64,000 nucleotides of DNA from a virus: the IMG/VR virus record IMGVR_UViG_3300018494_000126; one strand, written 5' to 3'. Every line of letters starts with the position of its first letter. Position 1 is the first letter of the stretch. Below, in pieces: positions 8,973-19,146 of the stretch. The translations under genes and the position numbers were made by a program. The notes under the pieces were generated by a model. That model was not told the origin of the DNA, did not search any database, and was given only the letters and a program-made list of their open reading frames with translations.

Positions 8973-9197
8973 TTGTTTGGGAGTATGATTGTCGAAGTAA
9001 TCAATCAAAAATGTATAAAATGCGAGTGTGATTTAACACCAGAACAAGCAACGCAGACCATTATATATGGAAATTATGAAGCAAAATTAGGCGTTTGCCC
9101 TTGTTGTGGAACAACAAATACAATTGCTCACATTATAGATAAAAACATATATGTAAATACTGACGAACGTTATTACATATATAATTCTTATTCATAA
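8973..9197 (+). CDS. zinc-ribbon protein
   Basis: CIKCEC ... CPCCG motifs. Confidence 0.4.
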   Translation: MFGSMIVEVINQKCIKCECDLTPEQATQTIIYGNYEAKLGVCPCCGTTNTIAHIIDKNIYVNTDERYYIYNSYS

Positions 9198-9212
9198 CGA
9201 AAGGGATAAACA

Positions 9213-9539
9213 ATGCAAGTTCAACAGATGTATGTGGCTACCGATGGTAGCATGTTTAATAATCCAGATGAGTGTGTAAGATACGAAAAAACATTAAAAC
9301 CTGTAGATTATGAAGAAAAACAGAGACGTTTTGATGCTCTTCAGTACCAACTGGACAAAATTAATGCGGCAACTTATCGTTTGCATCAGGATATGTCACA
9401 GTTTGAAGCAGATTATGAGGGCTGTGTTTTATTTATTAACGAAGACACTTGTTGCATTGAAGAAATGTCAATGGATGAATTTGATTGGTGCTCATGTGAT
9501 GAGTGCGAATCTTGTATGACATGTATGATGAATCAGTAA
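9213..9539 (+). CDS. Cys-rich hypothetical protein
   Basis: C-terminal CCIEEMSMDEFDWCSCDECESCMTCM. Confidence 0.45.
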   Translation: MQVQQMYVATDGSMFNNPDECVRYEKTLKPVDYEEKQRRFDALQYQLDKINAATYRLHQDMSQFEADYEGCVLFINEDTCCIEEMSMDEFDWCSCDECESCMTCMMNQ

Positions 9540-9553
9540 AAAGGAGAAGAAAC

Positions 9554-10432
9554 ATGAGTGACACAACAAACACAAATTTAAAAGAGGCTAAAGCCGTTGC
9601 TTATAGTGCTGGTTTATTAAGCGAAATGGTTTTAGAAGAAAAGAAAGATGACGAAGGCCGTGACATTATTGAAGGTTATTTGACTGTAAAGACCAGCGAT
9701 GTAAATTTTGTAAAGTATAAAGCAAAGGCTAATAAACTTACACAGGATGGAAAAGAAAATTCAATTTACAAAGGTTTACAGACATGTAAAGAAGAATATA
9801 AAACTATTAAAGAAGTTGGTGAAGCAGAAGCTACCCAGTTAATTGTTAAAGGAAAAATTAATGCTTACACTGGTCGTAATGGAGATGTAGTAAACTTCCA
9901 GAGCAATTTCTTTAATAGAGCAAATAGACCTTTAACTACAGAAGATATGAAATCAGAGTTTGAAGTAGAAGTCTATATTAAATCTCTTGTTCCAGAAGTA
10001 GATACAGAGGGTGTTGAAACAGGGGCAGTAATTGTGCATGGATGGATGCCTACATATAACGGAATTGAACCTATTGCTTTAAAAGCACCTGCGACAGACG
10101 GAATTGCAGATGCAGTAATGGATAGTTATGAAGCTGGACAGACTGTATTATTTACAGGCGAGATTATTAATAATCGTATTGAACATATTAAAGAAATTCC
10201 TATGAAGATTGGTAAGCCAAAGGTAGAAATTACTTATGATTATAAGAATGATATGTTAATTACTGGTGCTTCAGAACCTTATGAAGATGAAAACGCATAT
10301 GATAAGGACACAGTAGCCTTAGCTATTAATGTCCGTAATGAGAAGATGGCTCAGAGACAGAATCAGACTGTAACTCCAGCACCACAGTCACGCCCATCTG
10401 CTCAGTCTAAAGGCCGTTCTTTGGGTTTCTAA
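9554..10432 (+). CDS. hypothetical protein (possible ssDNA-binding or annealing partner of the adjacent ATPase)
   Basis: ATG at 9554 with AAAGGAGAAGAAAC ribosome-binding site (the track's earlier TTG start is less likely); position next to the AAA_24-like ATPase. Confidence 0.45.
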   Translation: MSDTTNTNLKEAKAVAYSAGLLSEMVLEEKKDDEGRDIIEGYLTVKTSDVNFVKYKAKANKLTQDGKENSIYKGLQTCKEEYKTIKEVGEAEATQLIVKGKINAYTGRNGDVVNFQSNFFNRANRPLTTEDMKSEFEVEVYIKSLVPEVDTEGVETGAVIVHGWMPTYNGIEPIALKAPATDGIADAVMDSYEAGQTVLFTGEIINNRIEHIKEIPMKIGKPKVEITYDYKNDMLITGASEPYEDENAYDKDTVALAINVRNEKMAQRQNQTVTPAPQSRPSAQSKGRSLGF

Positions 10433-10494
10433 ACGAAGCCCGAAGCGGATTGAGTTACAACAATTTTGATTTTTAAAGATAAAGGAGAAGAAAA

Positions 10495-11490
10495 ATGGCA
10501 TCTTTAGATATTTTTGCGCCCCAGTATTCCACAGTTGCTAAAGGATTAGCAGGCAAAGTTTTACTTGTATACGGGGGTAATAATCTTGGAAAGACAAAAC
10601 AGGCAACGCGTATGGAAAAGCCGTTTTATTTACCATTTGAGGCTGGATTAAATGCTATTCCTAACGTTCCATTTTGTCCGATTACTAAATGGTCAGATTT
10701 TATCAAGATTAATAAGCAGTTAACTGACCCTACAACAGTAGAAAAAGCGAGAGAAATGTATTCTACAATTATTTTTGATTCAATTGAGCCAGCGGCCAAT
10801 TATTGTCAGGAATATATTTGTCAGAAATATGGAGAAGAATCTATTGCTTCAGGCAGAGGCGGTTATGGACTATGGAAAGAATACGCTACAGAATTTTGGA
10901 AACAGATTAACAAACTGGTTGGTGCTGGATATTGTGTATATTTTATTGCTCATGCACAATCAGACCCAAATACAGGCTTTATTTCTCCAAAGGCAGATAA
11001 GCGTAGTTTATCCCCAATCTTAGATAATACAGATTTATGCATCTACGTAGAATCTAATGGCGTGGATGAAGATGGACGTATTATTAAATCATCTGGTTAT
11101 TTAGCGGAGACAGATAGATTCTTTGCAAGAAGTAGATTTGATTATTTACCTTCCACTTATATGCCCGAGTTTACAGCAGAAAATTTAGAAAAGTTGATTG
11201 TAGATGCTATTGAGACACAGGAAAAAGCAGAAGGTATTACCGCTGTAACTTATGCAGAACAGAAAGCGCAGCGCACAGTCGAGAAAAAATCCTACGATGA
11301 ATTAATGGATGAAATGCAGATTCTAGGAGAAAAATTGGCTGAAGCAGGCTATTTGGATGATTTACAGAGAATTGTTGCTGATAATTTAGGTAGTGGTAAA
11401 AAAGCTTCTGATTTGAAAAAAGGTCAGGAACAGCAGATTGAAACCATTATTTATGATATTGAATCATTTATTGCAGAAATGAAACTGTAA
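10495..11490 (+). CDS. AAA_24 / Sak4-like RecA-fold ATPase
   Basis: N-terminal Walker A VLLVYGGNNLGKT; size and context typical of phage AAA_24 ATPases. Confidence 0.6.
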   Translation: MASLDIFAPQYSTVAKGLAGKVLLVYGGNNLGKTKQATRMEKPFYLPFEAGLNAIPNVPFCPITKWSDFIKINKQLTDPTTVEKAREMYSTIIFDSIEPAANYCQEYICQKYGEESIASGRGGYGLWKEYATEFWKQINKLVGAGYCVYFIAHAQSDPNTGFISPKADKRSLSPILDNTDLCIYVESNGVDEDGRIIKSSGYLAETDRFFARSRFDYLPSTYMPEFTAENLEKLIVDAIETQEKAEGITAVTYAEQKAQRTVEKKSYDELMDEMQILGEKLAEAGYLDDLQRIVADNLGSGKKASDLKKGQEQQIETIIYDIESFIAEMKL

Positions 11491-11507
11491 TTAAAGGAAC
11501 TTAACCA

Positions 11508-12089
11508 ATGGCGAACAAACGTAAGTGTGCCTTATGTGGCGAATATATAGAAGCTACGGATAATTTAATGCCGTATAAAACACGTTATGTGCACACTACG
11601 TGTTTTAACGCCAGCATGAAAGCCTTAGCATCTAATAAACAAGAACAATTAGCAGAAAAGGCAAAGTCAAAAAAACGCCAAACTGTTAAAGCACCAAAGG
11701 AAATTGCAAAACCTATAAGCGAAGAAGAATATAAAGCAAAACAAAAATTCTTTGATTATATGTCGAGCGTGTTAGAGGTGGAGCAATTAGGTGCAAAATT
11801 TTATACATTAAGTGCTAGGTATGTAGAGCAATACAATTCTTCTTGGGAAGAAATGTATAATATATTTTATTGGCATCTGGACATAATGCAAAACGAACCA
11901 GTAGGTGATTGTATAGGTCTATTTCCTTACATATTAGATGAGGGAAGACAATTCTATACAGCGCTCAAAACAATAGAAGAGCAAAATAGGGAAATACAAG
12001 TTAATAACTTTTATCACGAAAAAGTGATAAAAATTAACCCTCACAAGAAGAAAAATATTAAACAGATGAATATCGAAGATATAGTCTAG
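11508..12089 (+). CDS. zinc-finger protein (possible helicase loader or replication organiser)
   Basis: N-terminal CALCGEYIE...HTTCF; Lys-rich linker; immediately upstream of the DnaB-like gene. Confidence 0.45.
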   Translation: MANKRKCALCGEYIEATDNLMPYKTRYVHTTCFNASMKALASNKQEQLAEKAKSKKRQTVKAPKEIAKPISEEEYKAKQKFFDYMSSVLEVEQLGAKFYTLSARYVEQYNSSWEEMYNIFYWHLDIMQNEPVGDCIGLFPYILDEGRQFYTALKTIEEQNREIQVNNFYHEKVIKINPHKKKNIKQMNIEDIV

Positions 12090-12104
12090 AAAGGTGGTTC
12101 GTGA

Positions 12105-13730
12105 ATGAACGAACAACTGGTATGTAAACGTAGTTATTTGGCTATATTTGGCTCAATCATGCAAGACCCTAGCTTGCTAAGTGATATAGATAGACCGTTA
12201 GACCGTAGTGATTTTAACACTGAGCCGTTTTATGAAATTCTATTTGTCTCCATGTATAATTTATTTATGCAAGGGTGTGAACATATAGACGAATTTACTA
12301 TAGATTCTTATTTAAGTCAGTATCAAAATCAATATAATATATTCCAAAATAACAAGGGGTTGGAATATTTAACTTCTGCTCGTAGCATGGTGGATATTGG
12401 AAACTATGACTACTTCTATCATAGATTAAAAAAATATAGCCTGTTGCGTTATTACGCAAATAAAGGTTATGATACCAATCTAATATTTAATGCAACTCTA
12501 ACCAATCCTTCCGAGGTTGAAACAGAACAAATCAAATTCGATAATTATACAGAAGAAAGTATTATTGAACAAATAGAAAATGATTTGGTTTTAACTCCTA
12601 AGATGAAATATTGTACCAATACATTAACTGTAGATGTACAAGCAGGAGATAAACTGAGTGAGTTGGTTGAAGAGTTATGTGAAACACCTGATGTTGGAGT
12701 GCCATTAACTTCTAGTGGTTTGAATACCGCGTGTAGAGGAATGCGTTTAGGTAAATTCTATTTACGCTCAGGTACTACTGGTTCGTCTAAGTCCAGACAG
12801 GCTATTATGGATGTATGTAATATTAGTGTTCCTTATCATTGGAATGTAAAAAGCAAACAATGGGAATACACTGGTTTTGAATGTCCAGCCTTATTTATTT
12901 CAACAGAAATGAGCGAAGATGAATGTCAAACAATTATTTTGGCAACCATTAGCGGTGTTAACGAAGAACATATTTTATATGGAGATTATGAAGCTGGTGA
13001 GTATGAACGAGTCCAGCAAGCAATTCAATACATACAATCAAGTCCTTTGTACATTTGTGTATGTACAGATTTTAGTATCTCAGATATAGAAAACATTATC
13101 AAACGTTATCATAATACATATAGTGTAAACTATGTATTCTTTGATTATCTTCATAGTTCCCTACGATTAATAACAGAAGTTGGTGCTAAGTCAAGTATGA
13201 GAATGCAGGAATATCAGTTACTCAGTATTTTCAGTACACGATTAAAAGCATTGGCAGAACAATTAAATATTTTCATTATGTCTTCTACGCAGTTAAATTA
13301 TGAAGCAATGGAAGCGAAATATAAAGACCAAAACTGTTTACAAGGTAGTAAGCAGATTGCGAATAAGATTGATGTTGGTATTATTTCTATGCGGCCAACG
13401 CAATCAGAATTGAAAAAGATAGAAAACATTACTAAGAAAATAGTTAATTGTCCACAAATTAATATGATGCATTGGGTATATAAAGTGCGTCGAGGAAAAT
13501 TAACACGTATTATTATTTTTTCGCATATTGATTTAGGTTGTATGCGAGAAAAAACGGTGTTTGTAACGGATTTTGATTTTAATTTGATTAATGTTGATTT
13601 TACTAAGATTGAATGTATGGATAAAGTAATAGAAGCTAATAGCCATATTATGAAAGAAGAAGACTTTGAACAACAAAACACTTCTTCAGAAGAGACAGAA
13701 ACTAAAACTGCAACTAAGTTCGATTGGTAG
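12105..13730 (+). CDS. DnaB-like replicative DNA helicase
   Basis: DnaB-type N-terminal domain; ALFISTEMSEDE matches the DnaB LFFSLEMS motif; degenerate P-loop GTTGSSKS. Confidence 0.65.
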   Translation: MNEQLVCKRSYLAIFGSIMQDPSLLSDIDRPLDRSDFNTEPFYEILFVSMYNLFMQGCEHIDEFTIDSYLSQYQNQYNIFQNNKGLEYLTSARSMVDIGNYDYFYHRLKKYSLLRYYANKGYDTNLIFNATLTNPSEVETEQIKFDNYTEESIIEQIENDLVLTPKMKYCTNTLTVDVQAGDKLSELVEELCETPDVGVPLTSSGLNTACRGMRLGKFYLRSGTTGSSKSRQAIMDVCNISVPYHWNVKSKQWEYTGFECPALFISTEMSEDECQTIILATISGVNEEHILYGDYEAGEYERVQQAIQYIQSSPLYICVCTDFSISDIENIIKRYHNTYSVNYVFFDYLHSSLRLITEVGAKSSMRMQEYQLLSIFSTRLKALAEQLNIFIMSSTQLNYEAMEAKYKDQNCLQGSKQIANKIDVGIISMRPTQSELKKIENITKKIVNCPQINMMHWVYKVRRGKLTRIIIFSHIDLGCMREKTVFVTDFDFNLINVDFTKIECMDKVIEANSHIMKEEDFEQQNTSSEETETKTATKFDW

Positions 13731-13742
13731 GGGGAATGAGTA

Positions 13743-14900
13743 ATGTATTTAAATAAAGATGCGATACTACAAACCCTTACCAAAGAACATATTATTACAA
13801 TTTGTCGTGAGTTAGGGTGTCCTGATTATAAAACTGATAACCAAGATAATTTATGGTTCAGTACTAAATTGTGCCACAACGGAGATTCACCGTACAAATT
13901 GGCTTATTATCATGAACCTAATGATAATGTACCAGATTCAAAAGGAAGAATGTTTCATTGTTATACCTGTGGAGACAGTTTTAGCCCGATTGAGCTGGTG
14001 ATTCGTGGAAATAGAAACCAAGGTAAAACTATCACATGGTATAAGGCTCTATTATATATAGCAAATATTGTGGGATATGCAGATTACCAAGGAGAAACAA
14101 AATCTGAATCCAGTTCTACAATTACTGATTTTGAATGGATTGAAAGATTAAAAGCAGCACAAAAAAAACCAAAAGCCATCCCAATTTTAAATGAAATAAA
14201 TGAAAATATTTTAGAAATGTTTTGTTATGTGCCACATGAAGAATGGTTGAATGACAATATTTCTAGAGAAGCATTGAGTAGATATGAGATTGGATATTAT
14301 GGATTAACTAATCAGATTATCATACCACATAGGGATAAAGACAACCGATTGATTGGAATACGTGGACGGTTTTTGGATGAAAAAGATATAGAACAGTTTA
14401 ATGGAAAATACATGCCTTTAATGTTTGAAAATAACTTTTTAAGTCATAGTTTGGGAAGTAATTTATACGGAATCAACGTTACAAAAGAGCGTATACAACA
14501 GACCAAGAAATGTCTTCTCTTAGAAAGTGAAAAGTCATGTATGCAGAACTATAGTTATTTTGGAGATAGTTCATATGCAGTTAGTGTATGCGGTTCAAAT
14601 ATTACACTGACACAATGTAAATTATTAATAGACGTGCTCGGAGTTGAAGAGGTTATTATTGGTTTTGACAAGGAATATGAAAAACATGACAGCTTTGAAG
14701 CCGAGAGTTATTATCATAAATTACTAAAAAAGGTAAGTCCATTAGTGCCTTATGTCAAAATAAGTTTATTAATGGATAGACAAAATTTATTACGACGAAA
14801 AGATTCTCCTACAGATAGGGGAAAAGACGTATTATTACAATTATTGGATGATAAAATAGTTATTACTCCAGAAGATTTAAAAGTTTTGCACCGTTCATAA
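13743..14900 (+). CDS. DnaG-like DNA primase
   Basis: N-terminal CHC2 zinc finger (CHNGDSPYKLAYY...HCYTCGDSFSPIELV) and Toprim-like EV..GFDKE region. Confidence 0.7.
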   Translation: MYLNKDAILQTLTKEHIITICRELGCPDYKTDNQDNLWFSTKLCHNGDSPYKLAYYHEPNDNVPDSKGRMFHCYTCGDSFSPIELVIRGNRNQGKTITWYKALLYIANIVGYADYQGETKSESSSTITDFEWIERLKAAQKKPKAIPILNEINENILEMFCYVPHEEWLNDNISREALSRYEIGYYGLTNQIIIPHRDKDNRLIGIRGRFLDEKDIEQFNGKYMPLMFENNFLSHSLGSNLYGINVTKERIQQTKKCLLLESEKSCMQNYSYFGDSSYAVSVCGSNITLTQCKLLIDVLGVEEVIIGFDKEYEKHDSFEAESYYHKLLKKVSPLVPYVKISLLMDRQNLLRRKDSPTDRGKDVLLQLLDDKIVITPEDLKVLHRS

Positions 14901-14910
14901 ACTGTAAAGG

Positions 14911-15909
14911 ATGGTCAAAATGGAATCATTGTTAACTAAAATAAGACCAGTCACTGAAGCAGATAGACAAACTCTTAAAATGGCGAGTTATACGAAACTG
15001 GATACATATAAAAAATGTGCTATGCAGTACTATTATAAATATGTAGAAAAAAAGTTCTCTTTTGAATCCAGTTTGGCAACGGAACTTGGTTCAATTTGTC
15101 ATTATGTATTAGAGCAAAAAGGGAAAATGCTGAACAGTGATGGGGGTAAAGTAGACTATGAACGACTTTCCGATTATTTAATTAATGGTGTAACTGAATT
15201 AGATGAAAAAACCACGCAACCGTTGTCTGGAGTGAACACTCTCAAAAAGAAATATATGGAAGACTGGTATGCTCCTGACAACGCAAGTGGAAAAACCTAT
15301 GAAGATAAGATGAAGATTTTTGATGAGGTTTTACATCATGAAATGGAAACAGATGATTGGATGCCAATATTATTTGAACATCCTTTTGAATTTGTATATG
15401 ATAATCGGATTATTATTCATGGTTATATAGATAGAATTGATAAAAAAGTAGTAGACGGAGAAACATATTATAGAACCACAGACTATAAAACATCTAAAAA
15501 ATTATATTCAAGTAGTGACGTAGCTACTTCATTACAATTTGGAATATATGCTTTAGCTATCTTATTAGAATTTGGTGTTTTACCAATTGAATCATTATAT
15601 AGATTTATTCTAATTAATGACCAACAACATGCTTTAACTAAAGGTTGGGAAAAACGTTTGGTAAAAGCGTTGGATAAATTATTAAACGGAATCGACCAAT
15701 GTGGTTCTTCTCATATCTGGAAACCAAGTCCAACACCTTTGTGTGCATGGTGTTCTTATTCAAAAACAAACACTGGTGCACAAAAATACAACAATCTGTG
15801 TGAATACCATTCACTTTGGACTCCCACAAACAAAACTTTTGAAGTAAATAAATCTTATGAAGAAAAGCCGATAGAAGAACAAACGGCAAAACGAAAAATT
15901 GTTTTTTAA
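14911..15909 (+). CDS. PD-(D/E)XK nuclease, Cas4/RecB-like with C-terminal Cys cluster
   Basis: GYIDRIDKK...DYKTSKK (RecB motifs II/III) and C-terminal C..CAWCSYS...C Fe-S-like cysteines. Confidence 0.7.
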   Translation: MVKMESLLTKIRPVTEADRQTLKMASYTKLDTYKKCAMQYYYKYVEKKFSFESSLATELGSICHYVLEQKGKMLNSDGGKVDYERLSDYLINGVTELDEKTTQPLSGVNTLKKKYMEDWYAPDNASGKTYEDKMKIFDEVLHHEMETDDWMPILFEHPFEFVYDNRIIIHGYIDRIDKKVVDGETYYRTTDYKTSKKLYSSSDVATSLQFGIYALAILLEFGVLPIESLYRFILINDQQHALTKGWEKRLVKALDKLLNGIDQCGSSHIWKPSPTPLCAWCSYSKTNTGAQKYNNLCEYHSLWTPTNKTFEVNKSYEEKPIEEQTAKRKIVF

Positions 15910-15924
15910 ATTACTAAAATAAAA

Positions 15925-15953
15925 TGAACATACTAAATTAAAAATTGTATAAT
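15925..15953 (+). promoter_or_regulatory. sigma70-type promoter (TGAACA, 17 bp spacer, TGTATAAT)
   Basis: AAAATGAACATACTAAATTAAAAATTGTATAATG upstream of tRNA-Gln. Confidence 0.55.
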
Positions 15954-16082
15954 GTAAATGTAAGATGTATGAGACAGAAAGTTTTGGCACATCTTAAATA
16001 CCTCCTTTCTTTAATTCATTTCTTTAAACTTTATATAAGTTATGTTAGGGTTGCGGCTAACAATAAAAAACGCAAATAATTT

Positions 16083-16154
16083 TCCCCTTTATCCAAGCGG
16101 TTAAGGAACTCGGCTTTGACCCGAGGAGCGCTGGTTCGAATCCAGCAAGGGGAG
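16083..16154 (+). tRNA. tRNA-Gln (anticodon TTG)
   Basis: Manual fold: acceptor TCCCCTT/AAGGGGA, D-loop with GG, anticodon stem CTCGG/CCGAG, loop CTTTGAC, T-arm GCTGG-TTCGAAT-CCAGC, discriminator G. Confidence 0.8.
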
Positions 16155-16219
16155 TAAGGAATTGTATTCCATATTATTAACTATTAATCATTAAATTTTA
16201 TTAAAAAGGAGAACGAGCT

Positions 16220-16858
16220 ATGACAAAAGAGACAATGACAATTCATTCGGCTTTAGCTAGTTTAAAAGTATTGGATTCTAGAATTATTAATGCGATTGAT
16301 AAGAATTCATACGTAACACAGGTTAAAAATAATGTTCAGCAGATTAGCGGTGTACCATTGGCTGAGAAAAAAGAGCAGATGAAGGCTGGATTTGAATCTG
16401 TTACAGATTTAATTCGTAGAAGAGCAGCTCTTAAAAAAGCAATTGTTCTTTCTAACGCAAAGACAATCGTAACAATTGGTGGAGTGGAATATACGGTGGC
16501 TGAGGCTATTGAAATGAAAAACCATGGCATCGAATTTGACACAATCTTGTTAGCAGAATTACAGAGACAGTACATGTCAGCACAGGCTACTATTATGAAA
16601 CATAATGAATCACTGGATAAGAAAGCTGATGATTATGTTACTGGTATGCTTGGTAACAAAGAGGGTCGTACAAATGTAGACGAGTTTGACAAGGCTCGTA
16701 AAACATATATTGAGGCCAATACTGCGGTATTAGTTGACCCGATTGACGTACATAAGCAGATTGAGTTATTAACACAGAAAATTGATAATTTTACAGCAGA
16801 AGTTGATAGTGCTTTATCTGTCAGCAATGCTCTGACTATTATCGAAATTGAATATTAA
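16220..16858 (+). CDS. hypothetical protein
   Basis: 212-aa ORF with AAAGGAGAACGAGCTATG ribosome-binding site. Confidence 0.5.
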   Translation: MTKETMTIHSALASLKVLDSRIINAIDKNSYVTQVKNNVQQISGVPLAEKKEQMKAGFESVTDLIRRRAALKKAIVLSNAKTIVTIGGVEYTVAEAIEMKNHGIEFDTILLAELQRQYMSAQATIMKHNESLDKKADDYVTGMLGNKEGRTNVDEFDKARKTYIEANTAVLVDPIDVHKQIELLTQKIDNFTAEVDSALSVSNALTIIEIEY

Positions 16859-17325
16859 ATGTAATTAATCATATTCCTTGCTTATCGAAAATCTTAAATT
16901 ACAAACCATGGTTCTTTTGTGGGTGCAGAATCATGTAAAAAACAAAACAAACCCTCTCTAAAAATTATTCAAGTAAATTTACTTCTACAGAGGAACGTAA
17001 GTTTAATAGAAGATTTGGGCTGATATTAATGACCAAAACAACAGATTATTTGGTTAAATAGAGAGCGCTTAACATCTATTTAAATCTAATGGTGAGACTG
17101 TAAAGTTTAAAATTTAACTTTTATAGTTTAAAGAGTAACGATAAAAGCTTATTTCTATCAAAGTTTAATTACCTATTCGTAGGTATTTAACGCTTAAATC
17201 GTAACGTTTTTTCAAATCCATGGCTTAGGTTATAAGTATGTTTGTATTAGACTTTAGATTAGACACATGGCTGATAAGTAGGGAATATATCATTTGAACA
17301 TAAAGAAAAATAGAAAGCGGTAAAT

Positions 17326-17963
17326 ATGAAAACGCAAATACAGAAAATTTCATTAGATTGGACTGAAATAAAAAATCAATGTCGTCACACAACAAATCAA
17401 GAAGATACATCTATTCCAGCCACTCGTGAGTTTATTAAAAAAATCCTTATTTCAGAACATTCGCCAATTCGTCTTGGAAAAATAAAATGGAGTTGGGACG
17501 GTATTAAATCTTGGATTTCTGTGCATTTTGCAAGACATTGGCTAGGGTGGGAAAATGGGTTTCTACTCAAAGAAGCGATAGAACAGGAATAGATAGAGAC
17601 GCGGCGCGACAAGATACATTAGTAAATATGGATATAGAAGCCAATTTACAGGCACTAATTAATGTATCAAGATACCGTCTATGTAGACAAGCTTCTGATG
17701 AAACGCGACATTATATGGAAGATTTGAAAAAAGTAATTAAACAAGCGGGTGAAGAAGAATTGGCAAATGTGTTAGTACCCAATTGTATATATAGAGCAGG
17801 ATGCTCAGAATTTTCTTGTTGTGGCCATATAGCTGAATTTATTAATTGGGCGAAAGAGAATAATAAGACGATTAATTGGTTAGATATTCAATCCAGATAT
17901 GATGTATATAATGAATTCTTTCATGCAAAAGAATTTTCACATATAGATGAACTAGAGGAGTAA
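17326..17963 (+). pseudogene. ThyX-like (flavin-dependent thymidylate synthase) remnant, frame-disrupted
   Basis: SEHSPIR and ...SVHFARHW resemble ThyX GHESPFEH and ARQWFRHR, but the RHR motif is lost and the reading frame switches near 17560; two overlapping ORFs in different frames. Confidence 0.35.
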
Positions 17964-17967
17964 CATT

Positions 17968-18132
17968 ATGAATCCCGCATTGATTATTTTAGTACTTTTA
18001 GGAGTATTTATTATATGGCTTTTATTAGCTGGAATATATAAACCATTTGGAACTTTTGTGGCACGTATTTGGAATTATGCCATGGAAGCTATGAGCGAAG
18101 AAACAGAAGAGGAGAAAAAAGATGAAAGGTAA
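17968..18132 (+). CDS. small membrane protein overlapping the SPFH gene start
   Basis: 54 aa (MNPALIILVLLGVFIIWLLLAG...) with AGGAGTAACATTATG ribosome-binding site; stop overlaps the SPFH start. Confidence 0.35.
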   Translation: MNPALIILVLLGVFIIWLLLAGIYKPFGTFVARIWNYAMEAMSEETEEEKKDER

Positions 18133-19042
18133 AATTGGTGGTATTAGTCTAGGTGTAATTTTCATCGGTATTATCATTATGTTGTTATTATGTATCGAAA
18201 AAGTGCCAGCGGGTTATGTTGGTGTAATTTACAGTGTAGCAAACGGTGTAACTGATGAAACGTTAACACAGGGATGGCACATCGTGTCTCCTACTAAAAA
18301 AGTAATTAATTATTCAATTGGTATTGAGCAGAGTTATTTAACTTCAGAAGATAAGGGTGATTCAAAGAAAGATGAAAGTTTTAATATCCCAACTTCTGAT
18401 GGTAAAACAGTAAGGGTAAATCTTGAATTTTCTTATAAGTTTGATGCAGAAAAAGTAACAGATACTTTCATTCAGTTCAAGGGGCGTTCTGGAGAAGAAG
18501 TAAAAGATATTTTTATCAAACCAAAGATTGTGGCATGGACACAGGAGGTATCTGCTAAATACCCAGTAACAGATATTTTTGGCGACCAGCGTACAGCAAT
18601 TAATGCAGAATTAGACAGTTATTTAAAAGAGAAATTTGCACCTTATGGAATTATTATTGACACTGTGAACTTTACAGATATTTCTGTAGATGAAGAAACT
18701 GCTGCCGCTATTCAGAAAAAAGTAACAGCACAGCAGGAATTGGAACTTGCTAATATTGAAGCACAGACAGCTAAGATTCAGGCTCAGAAAGAGAAAGAAG
18801 TTGCTTTAATTGAAGCAGGAAAGAATAAGGAGACCGCCGCTATTGAAGCAGAGCGAAAAATCATTGCGGCACAGGCAGAAGCGGATGCAATTTTAATTGC
18901 CGCAGAAGCAGAAGCTGAAGCAAATCAAAAGATTGCAGAAAGTTTAACTCCTGAATTGATTGAAAAAATTATGTATGATAAGTGGAATGGTAGTGTTCCA
19001 CAGGTTCAGAGTAATGCAACTCCTATTGTATCTCTAAACTAA
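18122..19042 (+). CDS. SPFH / band-7 (HflK/C, stomatin-like) membrane protein
   Basis: N-terminal TM segment, PAGYVGV..SV SPFH core, C-terminal Ala/Glu-rich band-7 tail (AAIEAERKIIAAQAEADAILIAAEAEAEANQKIAE). Confidence 0.8.
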   Translation: MKGKIGGISLGVIFIGIIIMLLLCIEKVPAGYVGVIYSVANGVTDETLTQGWHIVSPTKKVINYSIGIEQSYLTSEDKGDSKKDESFNIPTSDGKTVRVNLEFSYKFDAEKVTDTFIQFKGRSGEEVKDIFIKPKIVAWTQEVSAKYPVTDIFGDQRTAINAELDSYLKEKFAPYGIIIDTVNFTDISVDEETAAAIQKKVTAQQELELANIEAQTAKIQAQKEKEVALIEAGKNKETAAIEAERKIIAAQAEADAILIAAEAEAEANQKIAESLTPELIEKIMYDKWNGSVPQVQSNATPIVSLN

Positions 19043-19068
19043 ACATAATAATATAGAAACAATATAGA

Positions 19069-19131
19069 AATAGGCTTGATAAAGAAGATGAATATCGGTA
19101 TTTATTTAAGCCTATTTTTTTACTCTATAAA
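19069..19131 (+). terminator. putative rho-independent terminator
   Basis: ATAGGCTTG ... AAGCCTAT stem followed by TTTTTTT; long loop. Confidence 0.4.
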
Positions 19132-19146
19132 TAAAGAGGTAATAGC

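Noticed and set aside
10775-11023. Internal out-of-frame ORFs within the AAA_24 ATPase gene (10775-11023) and the Cys-rich ORF (9310-9519)
   Set aside because: Embedded in the same-strand alternate frame of stronger genes, with no start context.
15960-16082. Second tRNA upstream of tRNA-Gln
   Set aside because: Only simple hairpins (TAAGATGT...ACATCTTA; GTTAG..CTAAC) and no cloverleaf.
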